Of a DNA stretch of 64,000 nucleotides, positions 36,655 through 45,884 are shown one piece after another (position 1 is the stretch's first letter; each line of letters opens with the position of its first letter). The stretch comes from a virus (Duplodnaviria; Caudoviricetes). The stretch is taken from IMG/VR virus record IMGVR_UViG_3300034062_005626; one strand, written 5' to 3'. The notes under the pieces are model-generated. The model did not search any database and had not been told where the DNA came from. It saw only the letters and a program-made list of their open reading frames with translations. The position numbers and the translations under genes were made by a program.

Positions 36655-38223
36655 TTATTGTGTTTTTCTATCATAACCAATTAAACTTTTCATTTTTTCC
36701 ATTTCGGTCAAAACATTTTGTTTGTCAGTGGATTCTAACTTCATCATAATTTTGTCAGCACCTGACTCAGACCCGCTCTTGTCAGTAACGACAGGTTGAG
36801 GTGCTTTGTTATATGCCTTCTTTTTTAATTTTGACAAATAATTATTTTTTCTTACTTCATCTCTTTTTGCGTTCACAGGAGTTTCTACTGCATTTGCCCA
36901 TTTTGGGTTATTACCTGTTTCTGATGAACCTTTTACATATTTAGATACTCTTTCTTCATTTGGTTCAAAAGTGTCGTAATCTAAGTTCTCTAAACTTGCC
37001 GCTGTGAAGTTAGTTATATATTCATCAACCGCCTTAGATGGTACGTAAGCCATTTTATCCATTTTTTCAAGTTCTCCATTCCCTTTGGGAAAATTCTTTG
37101 GTGACATTTCGTATTTACCTTTAGAACCTGTTTTTAAATAAGATTTCATTTTTTTAACAACACTATCAATATAGTCCTCTTCTTGTTTTTTAGATTGACC
37201 TAATGATGATTTCAAATATGTATCAGATTTAGTTGCTTTTTTTCTTTTTTCTTCTAAAACAATATTCTCAATTAAACTTATCATTTCATTTTCTGTAAAA
37301 ATCAATCTTGACTCTTCAACTTTTGCCTTTCCTTTACCTGGCCAATCTTTTTTTGCTCTCTTAGCAAAGTATAATTGTCCCATTTTTTCTCGACTTGAGC
37401 TTGGTACTTTTTTACCTAATCTTTTTAATTCTGAATTTCTTTTCTTAATTTTTTTAATTTCGGTGTCTATCTCATCAATTGTCATATCTGCATACTCACC
37501 AGTACTTTTAACTTCAACATCTCCTTTCCATTTTTCAGTTATGTATGACTCTTCAACGGGGTAAGTTTTGTTTCCGACTCTAAAAGTTTTATCTCCTCTT
37601 TCTCTTGCTGCTGATAATGCACCTGAAAAAGCATTTCCTTCTTCAACATCTTCTTCTTCTAAATCCAACTCATATAAAGTTTCTTCCACTTCTTTTTTCA
37701 TAGAACGAAGTGCTTTAAAGTCTGCACCTGTAATTTTACCAAATGGTTTCGCCTTATCTATTTTCCGTCTACCATCTGTAAATCCATCATATTCTTCATC
37801 TAAATAAAATTCATCTTCTTCTTCAAATGATTGTCCAAGTTCTCTATCTTTATTTTTCATATGATGTTTCATTCTTCTTATGTTTGGCATATCGTCATCT
37901 TCAAATGAAAATGTATTTTCTAAATCTTCGTCTTCCTCTCTGTTTCTAAAAAATCTTTCTATATCTTTTTTTGGTATATCTCGTAAATTTTTACCCCCAA
38001 AAAAAGGATGAGAATCATCCATACCTCCTAATTCATTTATATTACCTTCATATGTACCACACTGTTCGCATGTTTCACCTTCATACATTTTACCACCACA
38101 TTGTTCACACATTTCTTCTTTCATATTTTTATTTTCAAATATTTTATTTTCTATGTCAAAAATTCTATTATCTATCTCTTCAGATATAATTCTTTTTGTT
38201 ATGTTTTTTATGTAATTTTCCAT
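36655..38223 (-). CDS. large acidic leader-family (probably head-associated) protein
   Basis: Many hydrophobic-x-E sites; leader ...RIISEE. Confidence 0.7.
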   Translation of the reverse strand: MENYIKNITKRIISEEIDNRIFDIENKIFENKNMKEEMCEQCGGKMYEGETCEQCGTYEGNINELGGMDDSHPFFGGKNLRDIPKKDIERFFRNREEDEDLENTFSFEDDDMPNIRRMKHHMKNKDRELGQSFEEEDEFYLDEEYDGFTDGRRKIDKAKPFGKITGADFKALRSMKKEVEETLYELDLEEEDVEEGNAFSGALSAARERGDKTFRVGNKTYPVEESYITEKWKGDVEVKSTGEYADMTIDEIDTEIKKIKKRNSELKRLGKKVPSSSREKMGQLYFAKRAKKDWPGKGKAKVEESRLIFTENEMISLIENIVLEEKRKKATKSDTYLKSSLGQSKKQEEDYIDSVVKKMKSYLKTGSKGKYEMSPKNFPKGNGELEKMDKMAYVPSKAVDEYITNFTAASLENLDYDTFEPNEERVSKYVKGSSETGNNPKWANAVETPVNAKRDEVRKNNYLSKLKKKAYNKAPQPVVTDKSGSESGADKIMMKLESTDKQNVLTEMEKMKSLIGYDRKTQ

Positions 38224-38252
38224 AATAATAAATATTACCTTTAATGGAAAAC

Positions 38253-38825
38253 TTAAATATAGTCTATAAGAATTTTTAGAATTTCAGATTCACTTAATCC
38301 AGTTCTATATGATACGTTCTCAATAGCCTCTTTTAATTTTGATTTTTTCTTAGTTTTTTTAGGAGTTGACTTTGTTAATTTAGTATTAAAACCACCCGTT
38401 TTACCAAATTCTAAAGCGTTTATATCTCCCTGATTACAATAAGGGAAAGTTTTACATTTTTCTTTTGGTTTTACAAATAACCCACCAGGTAATTGTGTTT
38501 TTTTAGACGGTCCCCAACTATTTAAGTTTTTAGCCAAAAAAGATGCCCCTTCATATGAACCTGAAGACGCCGAACCAGTTGCTTCAGTTGCTTCTATTTT
38601 TTCAACATCTTCCTCTTCGTTGAAATTCAAAGCGGGGGCAAAACTTCCTGCCGATGCCGCTCCCATACCTTCTTTGGTTTCTTTTTTTGTTTTTTTGTAT
38701 TCTTTTTTTGCTTCAGTATCTTTAGAAAACAAACTAAATATTGGTCTACTAATTGTTGAAGATTTTTCTTCTATCAACTCTCTTAGTGCGTTTTCTATTA
38801 ACTTTTGGTGGTCTATATTTTTCAC
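38253..38825 (-). CDS. hypothetical protein with repeated E..GA.S.GSF/Y motifs
   Basis: 190 aa. Confidence 0.7.
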   Translation of the reverse strand: MKNIDHQKLIENALRELIEEKSSTISRPIFSLFSKDTEAKKEYKKTKKETKEGMGAASAGSFAPALNFNEEEDVEKIEATEATGSASSGSYEGASFLAKNLNSWGPSKKTQLPGGLFVKPKEKCKTFPYCNQGDINALEFGKTGGFNTKLTKSTPKKTKKKSKLKEAIENVSYRTGLSESEILKILIDYI

Positions 38826-38829
38826 TTAC

Positions 38830-39081
38830 TTATATTTTTAAATTTTTAAATGTGCTGGTCCACATATGTTTTTGTCTATACATCTCATAGTAAAATTCGG
38901 TAAATGCCTTTGTAATATAATCAGTAATGTCCCCTTTTATTTTTCCATTTCTAATTTCTTTTCTTATCAAATCAATCATTTGATTTTCAAATTGTTTTAG
39001 GGTACTAGAATTGAAAAAACTTTTGATTTCACTTTTAACAATTTTTTCTATTTCTTTTTTATCTGATTGTGAAAACGGCAT
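38830..39081 (-). CDS. hypothetical protein
   Basis: 83 aa. Confidence 0.7.
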   Translation of the reverse strand: MPFSQSDKKEIEKIVKSEIKSFFNSSTLKQFENQMIDLIRKEIRNGKIKGDITDYITKAFTEFYYEMYRQKHMWTSTFKNLKI

Positions 39082-39083
39082 GA

Positions 39084-39497
39084 TTAAAAAATTAATAGTC
39101 CTGTTAATGTTAGTATTATAGAACCTCCAACTACCTGTATGAATGCACTTTTTACTTTATGTTTTTTAAATTCTTTTCTTAACCTTTCGTTTTCGTCTGA
39201 CATTATTTTAAACTTTTGTTCGGTATTTGAAACCAATATTTTGTTTGTGGAGTCTAACTTCTGCCAACTTGAAATTAATTTTTCCATATAAAAAACCTTG
39301 TCGTTAAGTTGTATGATTTGTTTTTCGTTAAGTTTATTTATTTCTTTTAATCTATCATAGTCATTTAAATCCAATAACATTTTTTGTGCAACCCCATAAG
39401 GTATACATATTTCTGAAGTATCTTGAGGTTTTGGTTTTTGAGCGAAACTATTAAACCCAATAAAAAGAATTAATAGTAAAATTGTTATTCTATTCAT
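39084..39497 (-). CDS. signal peptide plus coiled coil plus C-terminal TM (spanin-like)
   Basis: Topology; next to an amidase-like gene. Confidence 0.5.
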   Translation of the reverse strand: MNRITILLLILFIGFNSFAQKPKPQDTSEICIPYGVAQKMLLDLNDYDRLKEINKLNEKQIIQLNDKVFYMEKLISSWQKLDSTNKILVSNTEQKFKIMSDENERLRKEFKKHKVKSAFIQVVGGSIILTLTGLLIF

Positions 39498-39498
39498 C

Positions 39499-39849
39499 TT
39501 AAAAATTATATCTTTTTCTAAGCAAACTATCTACTTGTTTTTTGTCTGCGTTTTTTATCTCTTCTTTTTTTTGAGTGTAGTAGTTATTAACTTCCTTTTT
39601 TTCTATTTTTATATTTGATATTTTTTTATCAATATCTTTTACTTTTTGATTATAAGAATTGATTGAATCATTTAAACTTTTTTGAAGGTTTTTTAGTTCT
39701 CCGATGTGTTTATCCAATTGCTCCAATTTATATTTATCCAACTCAGACATTTCTGGTTTTTTTGTTAAAATCAGTATTAAAAGATAAATGATGGCAAATA
39801 CACCAACACCTATTAAAATTTTTTGCCAATATTTTTTTAAAAATTCCAT
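39499..39849 (-). CDS. N-terminal TM coiled-coil protein (spanin-like)
   Basis: Topology. Confidence 0.5.
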   Translation of the reverse strand: MEFLKKYWQKILIGVGVFAIIYLLILILTKKPEMSELDKYKLEQLDKHIGELKNLQKSLNDSINSYNQKVKDIDKKISNIKIEKKEVNNYYTQKKEEIKNADKKQVDSLLRKRYNF

Positions 39850-39850
39850 A

Positions 39851-40396
39851 TTATTCTTCTTCTGTAAATTTAGTTTTTTTCCTAACTGAAATTATTTTTG
39901 CCCATTTGCTTTTAAATTTTTCAAAAAAAGATTTTAATTTGTTTGTCAAATCAACAAGCTCTTGGTCCAATTTAATCATATCACCATTTATATATACACC
40001 GTTGTTTTCACCAATAGAATAGAAAAACTCAACGTCAGCATCAACTATCTTACCACTCCATTGAACTGAATTACTATAAACATTTAGTACTCCAAAGTCT
40101 GAAAGGTCAGATACTTCATTAACAAATTCTTCCATGGTTTCTTGATAAGATTGTTTTTCGTCGTTTGTTAATTCCAACTCTTTTTTATCTTTACCGTGAA
40201 GAGTTAAAAGACCCCCCGATATACGATAAGTTTTACTTTTGTCTTTTTTTACTTTATCAACATCCACATCAGTTTCTTGTTCTTCATCTTGTTCGATGTT
40301 GTCTTCAATACTTTTTGCCATATTAATTGGCCCTACTTGTTCTTGCAAAAGTCTAGACCTTTTCAACAACATTTTTATTTCATCATACTGGTTCAT
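39851..40396 (-). CDS. leader-family hypothetical protein
   Basis: ...KRSRLLQEQ leader. Confidence 0.7.
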   Translation of the reverse strand: MNQYDEIKMLLKRSRLLQEQVGPINMAKSIEDNIEQDEEQETDVDVDKVKKDKSKTYRISGGLLTLHGKDKKELELTNDEKQSYQETMEEFVNEVSDLSDFGVLNVYSNSVQWSGKIVDADVEFFYSIGENNGVYINGDMIKLDQELVDLTNKLKSFFEKFKSKWAKIISVRKKTKFTEEE

Positions 40397-40991
40397 ATTC
40401 TTCTAATAATTTTTCAAAATTGTTAAAATTGAAAGATGGGTTTATATCTCTACAGTTCGAATTGTAATTGCTTTTTGTTGCAACTCCGTTAAAGTTTTCA
40501 ACTCCCGATAATTTGACATTTGTTTTTGTTGTCTTTTTATCGATGTTAAACTTTTCACACAACTCATGTGTTAAAAAAACCAAACTTTCAATTTGTTTTT
40601 GAGTATATGGGTCCCAAAAAAATTGTTCTCTCCATTTTTTTTCAAAAACTTTCTCTTTATAAATATCACCTATCCAATTTAAATAGTTTGTTTCTATTGG
40701 TATTTTTTTTAACCAAGTTAAATTCTCTAAAACAATAGTTATGGAGTTTTTGTCAACCGACTCATCACCTATGTAATTTGAATACATATTAGGTTCTGAA
40801 ATCATAAATATTTCACCACTTTTATTAATTAAATAATTAGGTATATGTGGGTTATTTTGATTGTACCTGTGTAATAATGATTGTATATAAAATCTATAAG
40901 GCCTTTTAGTATCGGCCAAAATTATTTGACTTTTTTTGTCGTTACGAGACAGAACTTCAGATTCTATTAATTTTGAAATTACCTGTATCAT
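40383..40991 (-). CDS. amidase_2-fold protein lacking the usual Zn-ligand His residues
   Basis: IILADT, PNYLINKSGEIF, SITIVLE, YTQKQIESL, DINPSF pattern. Confidence 0.55.
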   Translation of the reverse strand: MIQVISKLIESEVLSRNDKKSQIILADTKRPYRFYIQSLLHRYNQNNPHIPNYLINKSGEIFMISEPNMYSNYIGDESVDKNSITIVLENLTWLKKIPIETNYLNWIGDIYKEKVFEKKWREQFFWDPYTQKQIESLVFLTHELCEKFNIDKKTTKTNVKLSGVENFNGVATKSNYNSNCRDINPSFNFNNFEKLLEEYEPV

Positions 40992-42069
40992 TCTTAGTGT
41001 ATGAAAGTCTTCTATTTGTTATTGTTTGAGTTTCTTCTGTATTATTACTAATAATTTCTTCAGGTGTTTCTTCTACTACTGGTTCAGTAATGTCTAATAA
41101 ATTATCAGGGACATTGACTTCCTCTTCAACTTGGTGGGGAAGTTCATGGGGAAGTTCGTGGGTAACTTGGGGGGTGACTTGAGGGGCGACTTGAGGGGTA
41201 ACTTGGGGGGTGACTTGAGGGGTAACTTGGGGGGTGACTTTCTGTTTTAGGGAATCATCTTCCTCATCTTTTCTATTATTTTTGAATGCTTGGTTTGTTG
41301 CAATAACTAATGTAATGGCTAAAGGGTCAAACACAAAAATTAAAATTAATATGAATATGTTTGCGGTTTTTTTAACACTCCACCCGGTAAGTTCACTGAT
41401 ATATTTTATGGTCCCAAGTTCATTACCTGAAATCTCTTTTGATTCTAATTCAAGTACTTTTATATCTAATGCGGTAATACTGTCATTAAGAGCGTCCACT
41501 TTACCTGACATTTTGTCACGATTTTCAATCGCCAATCCTAATTGTAATTCAAATGATTTACGATTCGCATTATTTGCTCTTGTTACAACCTGGCCTGTTT
41601 GTCTATCTACGCTTTGAGTTGTAGTGTTAGTCGATAAGGCGTTTCTTAATTTTGAGATGTCTTTATCTAATATTTGTTTTTCTTTTTGATACTCGTTTTT
41701 AATTTCCTCAAATCTTTGTTTTTTTACTTCAATGTTTTTTACTTCCTTCTGACCAATTTCAAGTTTTGCAATGTTAGTTGAAAACCCTGTACTTAAAAGT
41801 CCATATATCCCCAATGACGTAATAAGAGATAAAGTCACAAGAGCAACAGTCATATATAATTTTAATACTCCGTAAGTTTCTTTCCACTTGTCGTGGAGAT
41901 ATGTTGCGATGGCAATTTTTGATAATTCTAAAAACCCACCCATTATTATTACAGGTAAAGCGACTCCAACAAACACAACGGATAAACCAACAACACTATA
42001 ATACGCAGCAGTCCCTGATAATCCGAGAGCACAAAACAACAAAAACCAAGGTAGTAATTTTTCTTTCAT
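40957..42069 (-). CDS. multi-TM coiled-coil protein with VTPQ repeats
   Basis: 3 N-terminal TMs, long coiled coil, IIFVFDPLA-like TM. Confidence 0.75.
   Translation of the reverse strand: MKEKLLPWFLLFCALGLSGTAAYYSVVGLSVVFVGVALPVIIMGGFLELSKIAIATYLHDKWKETYGVLKLYMTVALVTLSLITSLGIYGLLSTGFSTNIAKLEIGQKEVKNIEVKKQRFEEIKNEYQKEKQILDKDISKLRNALSTNTTTQSVDRQTGQVVTRANNANRKSFELQLGLAIENRDKMSGKVDALNDSITALDIKVLELESKEISGNELGTIKYISELTGWSVKKTANIFILILIFVFDPLAITLVIATNQAFKNNRKDEEDDSLKQKVTPQVTPQVTPQVTPQVAPQVTPQVTHELPHELPHQVEEEVNVPDNLLDITEPVVEETPEEIISNNTEETQTITNRRLSYTKNDTGNFKINRI
41130..41240. repeat. 12-nt tandem repeat (VTPQ/ELPH)
   Basis: GGGGTGACTTGA/GGGGTAACTTGG units. Confidence 0.85.
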
Positions 42070-42101
42070 ATTAATAACTATAACAGATAAATATTAAAGA
42101 T

Positions 42102-42131
42102 AAATAAAACCCTCACCGGCGCCGATGAGGG
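42102..42131 (-). terminator. intrinsic terminator
   Basis: CCCTCATCGGCGCCGGTGAGGG followed by TTTTATTT. Confidence 0.75.
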
Positions 42132-42233
42132 AGTGTAGTTTCATTCTACCGTATAGATAGAATTGAGGATTCTCACCCAGGGTCCTTCGTGTCCCATTCC
42201 GCCGAGTTGTAAGGGTAATCTCGGTTCAACCCT
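42132..42233 (-). ncRNA. candidate structured RNA, unclassified
   Basis: GC-rich intergenic; AGGGT/ACCCT, CCGAG/CTCGG, ATTCTA/TAGAAT helices. Confidence 0.5.
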
Positions 42234-42771
42234 ATAAGTAAATAACTAATATGTTATTGTTTTTTATTCCTTCTATTGTAACTCTTTTTGATTTTTTTTC
42301 TTCAACATCAGTCTTTAAAAACTGACCATCATTTGAAAATGCAGATGTTATTATATTGAAAAAATTACCATCTTTATTTAGTAAAATTTCAACATAATTA
42401 AAATGCTTGTCGTCTTCATTATCCTTTCTTTTTTTAACAAAAATAATTTGATTATTTTCAGGTTTTTCAGTTTCGAATGAATTATAAATTTTTTCTAAAC
42501 TATTTTCAAACAATTTTTTTATCATGGAGTCAGGAACTGCTATTCTTGGTGGTTGTACGTATTTTGAGCGTCTAGTTGCAAGGTGGTCGTTATACATATC
42601 AACTAAACTATCATAACTTTCTTTACCAAACCTTTCTTTTCTTTGGTGGTAAGTTGATTTTAATTGTATCAATTTATTATCTATGATTTTAGAAAATAAA
42701 ACCGTACCTCTATCTTTTTCTTTTTTAGATTCAACTATGATGATATTTTTTAATACGGATAATAAATTCAT
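42232..42771 (-). CDS. leader-family hypothetical protein
   Basis: MNLLSVLKNIIIVE; start moved from 42807. Confidence 0.7.
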   Translation of the reverse strand: MNLLSVLKNIIIVESKKEKDRGTVLFSKIIDNKLIQLKSTYHQRKERFGKESYDSLVDMYNDHLATRRSKYVQPPRIAVPDSMIKKLFENSLEKIYNSFETEKPENNQIIFVKKRKDNEDDKHFNYVEILLNKDGNFFNIITSAFSNDGQFLKTDVEEKKSKRVTIEGIKNNNILVIYL

Positions 42772-42784
42772 ATCATATAAATAC

Positions 42785-42814
42785 AAAAAGGGTGAGAAAA
42801 ATCCCACCCTTTTT
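42785..42814 (-). terminator. intrinsic terminator
   Basis: AAAAAGGGTG...CACCCTTTTT. Confidence 0.7.
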
Positions 42815-42820
42815 AATTTT

Positions 42821-42912
42821 CCCGTACCGATTAGAGGATTTTAAACCCGACACACTAACCGCGGTGTCACGACGACTTACGACCCCAGGAGTAAGCTTCC
42901 CGACAAACACTG
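42821..42912 (-). ncRNA. candidate small structured RNA with own promoter
   Basis: TATCTTTG at 42937-42944, GC-rich hairpins CTTAC/GTAAG and GACAC/GTGTC, terminator downstream. Confidence 0.5.
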
Positions 42913-42974
42913 ATACATGTCTCATTGTTTGTTATACAAAGATAAGTGTTTTTTTTAAACTGCCAAAACTTTTA

Positions 42975-43790
42975 TCATAAATATTCAAATAAATCTGAAC
43001 ATTCGTTTCGTAGTTTACGAAGAGCCTTTTCTTTGATTTGACGAACTCTTTCTTTTGTAAGACCAAAATCTGTACCAATATCTTCCAAAGTACGAGGTGT
43101 GCCGGTAATACCGTAGTAATCCTCAATAATTACTTTTTCACGCTCATCCAATACTGACATAATTTCCATCATTTTAAGTTTGAGAGTGTCCTTTGTTGAA
43201 AACATTTCATCAGGTGAAACGATATTTTCATTTTTTATTACATCAATTAATGTGTCTCCGTCTTCATTGATGTGCATATCCAAATCAACAATTTTTGGAA
43301 GTTGTGCAAACTTTGCGGATAATTCCCCGTTAGTTTTTTCCAAAACCTTTTTTTCTTTTTGCATATCTTGAACAACATTAACCGGGAGTCTGATTGTTCT
43401 TGAATTATCATTTAGTGATTGAAGGATTGATTGTTTAATCCACCAAACAGCATAAGAAATAAAACGGTTGTTCTTGGTCCAATCAAAATTCTTAATGGCC
43501 TTTAACAGTCCATAATTTCCTTCAGCAATTAAGTCTGATAGGTCAATACCTTGATTTTGATATTGTTTTGCAACGGTAATAACAAAACGTAAGTTGCCCT
43601 CTAAAAGTTCTTTATAGATTAACTCTTTTTCTCTTTCAGTACAGTTTTCATCTGTAATCATTTTTGAAAGGATTTTTTCCCTTTCAGGTGTCATTACTTT
43701 TAACTTTCGAATGTCTTTTAAATAAAGTTGAATTTCGTCTTGGTTAATCGGGTTTGAAGATTTAATTTCCTCGGTTTTCTCTCTTTCCAT
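42975..43790 (-). CDS. RNA polymerase sigma70-family factor
   Basis: YLKDI region 1.2, NLRFV..VAKQY, DLIAEGNYGL, RFISYAVWWIKQ, TLEDIG..FGLTKERVRQI. Confidence 0.95.
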   Translation of the reverse strand: MEREKTEEIKSSNPINQDEIQLYLKDIRKLKVMTPEREKILSKMITDENCTEREKELIYKELLEGNLRFVITVAKQYQNQGIDLSDLIAEGNYGLLKAIKNFDWTKNNRFISYAVWWIKQSILQSLNDNSRTIRLPVNVVQDMQKEKKVLEKTNGELSAKFAQLPKIVDLDMHINEDGDTLIDVIKNENIVSPDEMFSTKDTLKLKMMEIMSVLDEREKVIIEDYYGITGTPRTLEDIGTDFGLTKERVRQIKEKALRKLRNECSDLFEYL

Positions 43791-44352
43791 AATTGTCTAA
43801 TATTTGTTTTTCTTCCTCTGTTAATGACTCTATACCTTTTTCTGAAATCTTATCCAAAATTTGGTCTACAGTCGGTTTCTCTTTTTTTTCTTCTTTTAAA
43901 AATGGATTTTTAATCATGTCTTCCGTTAGTGGAAATATGAACTCCATTATATTGTTCATTCTTTTCTTTTTTTCTTCTGATAATTCATCTTTATGTACTC
44001 CTTTTGTTTTTGTTTCTTTTTTTACTCCATCTATATTTAAAAAATCTCTCTTCAATTTTCGTTCCATTTTGATGTCCACGTTTTCTGTCGCCTCCATCAA
44101 AAAATACTGCTCAACTACTCCGTCCAAACACATATCAACGTATTCTTTTAGTTCCATAAAAGGTTCTTTGGTTCTAAAGTGTAAAACTACACCAAACTCA
44201 CCATAATTAAACTTTAGGTATTCACTAGAAACCACCGTTATTAGCTGATACGAAATGTCCTCAATAAACTTTTCCATTTCTGTGAAATCACCGAAAATAA
44301 AAAGCATATATCTTTTGTCTTGTGATTTCATTTCTGTTTTCTTCTTTCTCAT
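43762..44352 (-). CDS. hypothetical protein
   Basis: Ends with the VDQILDKISEKGIESLTEEEK DUF-like tail. Confidence 0.7.
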   Translation of the reverse strand: MRKKKTEMKSQDKRYMLFIFGDFTEMEKFIEDISYQLITVVSSEYLKFNYGEFGVVLHFRTKEPFMELKEYVDMCLDGVVEQYFLMEATENVDIKMERKLKRDFLNIDGVKKETKTKGVHKDELSEEKKKRMNNIMEFIFPLTEDMIKNPFLKEEKKEKPTVDQILDKISEKGIESLTEEEKQILDNYGKRENRGN

Positions 44353-44361
44353 AAATATCTT

Positions 44362-44886
44362 TTAAACTCGTTTTGAATATGATACAATTTGGTAAAAATC
44401 CTTTTTTCCTTCACAATATTCTAACACTAAAGTTAATAATGTTTTGAACATGTAGGCGTCTTTTGTTTGTTTTTCGCAGATGGTAAATAACTCAATAAAA
44501 CTCACAAGGGTGTCCATCTTATAATACCCATGATTGTCTAAAACATCAAACTCATATAAATGTTTTTTGTAAAAATTAAGTTCGTAACTATTTCTTTCTT
44601 CTGTGTTGTTGAATGGTTCCGTTGTTTCATACAAAGATAATACTTTTTTTACAAACTTACCAACAATCACTTTATTATATTCACATTTTACTAAAAGGTC
44701 AGTAATCCAGTGCGTATGACTTGGTGTTCTTAAACGTTTGTTAGTTTCTTTGTATTTTACAATAAAGTCAAGTTCAGGATTTTCACCTCTATTTCCCTGA
44801 TAAATTGCAACCATAGTTCCGTCTACCATTGTATACGTAGAGAGGGGTGAAAAGGTTACCCCTTTTTTAGAATAAGTTAGGGTCAT
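44362..44886 (-). CDS. hypothetical protein (RTPSHTHW motif), possibly R-M associated
   Basis: Directly downstream of an MTase. Confidence 0.6.
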   Translation of the reverse strand: MTLTYSKKGVTFSPLSTYTMVDGTMVAIYQGNRGENPELDFIVKYKETNKRLRTPSHTHWITDLLVKCEYNKVIVGKFVKKVLSLYETTEPFNNTEERNSYELNFYKKHLYEFDVLDNHGYYKMDTLVSFIELFTICEKQTKDAYMFKTLLTLVLEYCEGKKDFYQIVSYSKRV

Positions 44887-44890
44887 AATT

Positions 44891-45835
44891 TTATTTTTTT
44901 AAAATTGAGTCTTCAAATATTTTTTTTCCTTTACTATTAATATCTAACATTATGTAATTTCTATTAGTATTAATACACGCCCTACCTGTTGTTCCAGAAC
45001 CCGCAAACGGGTCAAGTACTAAATCTCCCTTGTTAGAAAACATATTTACTATTCTTTCTAATAGTTTTACAGGTTTTTGTGTTGCATAATCAAGTTTTTC
45101 GCTTCCTTGTATTTGGTTAATGTCAATCCACAAATCCCTTACCGGAATACCATCCATTTCGTGTAAGTATTTTTTTACTCTTGGGATTCCATTAGCATTG
45201 TATTCCAATCTTTTTTGGGAATCTAACTCTTTCATTTTTTCTATAGACCACCACCATTGTTTGAAATGTCCATTCCATTCGTATCTTAAATTAGGTCTCT
45301 GTACAACATTAGGTTGTGAGTTGTGAGCGGCGCTGGTGGTGTACTCACCAATATCATCTTTTTTTAGATTATTTTTTTTCTTGTAATCATCGTTATATGG
45401 TAAATACTGTGGATTATACGTATACTTTGTGGATTTTGAATACACGATAATGGTGTCGTGAAATCTCATCAGTTTTTTAGATGATTTTTTGTTGCCCCCA
45501 CTTTTCCAAACTACTTCATTTCTAAAATTTTTTTCACCAAACACTTCATCTAATACAATTCTAATATGGTGTGAAACTGAAGGTTCCACATGAACAATTA
45601 TAACACCAGAACTAACCAATAGATTATGCATGATTTCTAATCTTGGTTTTATAAAATCATTTCGGTATGATTCGTATGATTTATACTTATCGTCAAAGTC
45701 ATCAAAGTCTCTTCCAGTGTTATATGGGGGGTCAAAATAAATTAAATTAATTTTTTTTTTCTCTTCTCTTAGTTTAGTTAGTTCGATTAAATTATCCCCT
45801 ACAATATATTCGTTCATATTTTTACTTGTTAACAT
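44891..45835 (-). CDS. DNA adenine methyltransferase, beta class (Mod-like)
   Basis: GDN, YFDPPYNTG, YATQKPVKLLERI, LDPFAGSGTT. Confidence 0.92.
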   Translation of the reverse strand: MLTSKNMNEYIVGDNLIELTKLREEKKKINLIYFDPPYNTGRDFDDFDDKYKSYESYRNDFIKPRLEIMHNLLVSSGVIIVHVEPSVSHHIRIVLDEVFGEKNFRNEVVWKSGGNKKSSKKLMRFHDTIIVYSKSTKYTYNPQYLPYNDDYKKKNNLKKDDIGEYTTSAAHNSQPNVVQRPNLRYEWNGHFKQWWWSIEKMKELDSQKRLEYNANGIPRVKKYLHEMDGIPVRDLWIDINQIQGSEKLDYATQKPVKLLERIVNMFSNKGDLVLDPFAGSGTTGRACINTNRNYIMLDINSKGKKIFEDSILKK

Positions 45836-45884
45836 ATTAATAAATACTTAAAAAAACCAATTAATAAACCACTAATCAATAATT

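Noticed and set aside
42115-42170. CCGATGAG as a hammerhead core on the plus strand
   Set aside because: No GAAA counterpart or three-way junction; the sequence is better explained as a terminator stem
42188-42206. GGCGGAATGGGAC resembles the 3' end of the HDV ribozyme
   Set aside because: No upstream GTCCC/TCCCA partner for P2 and no P1/P3 nesting; HDV fold not supported
42792-43126. ORFs 42792-42980 (+) and 42932-43126 (-)
   Set aside because: Overlap the promoter, terminator, candidate sRNA and sigma gene; no coding signature
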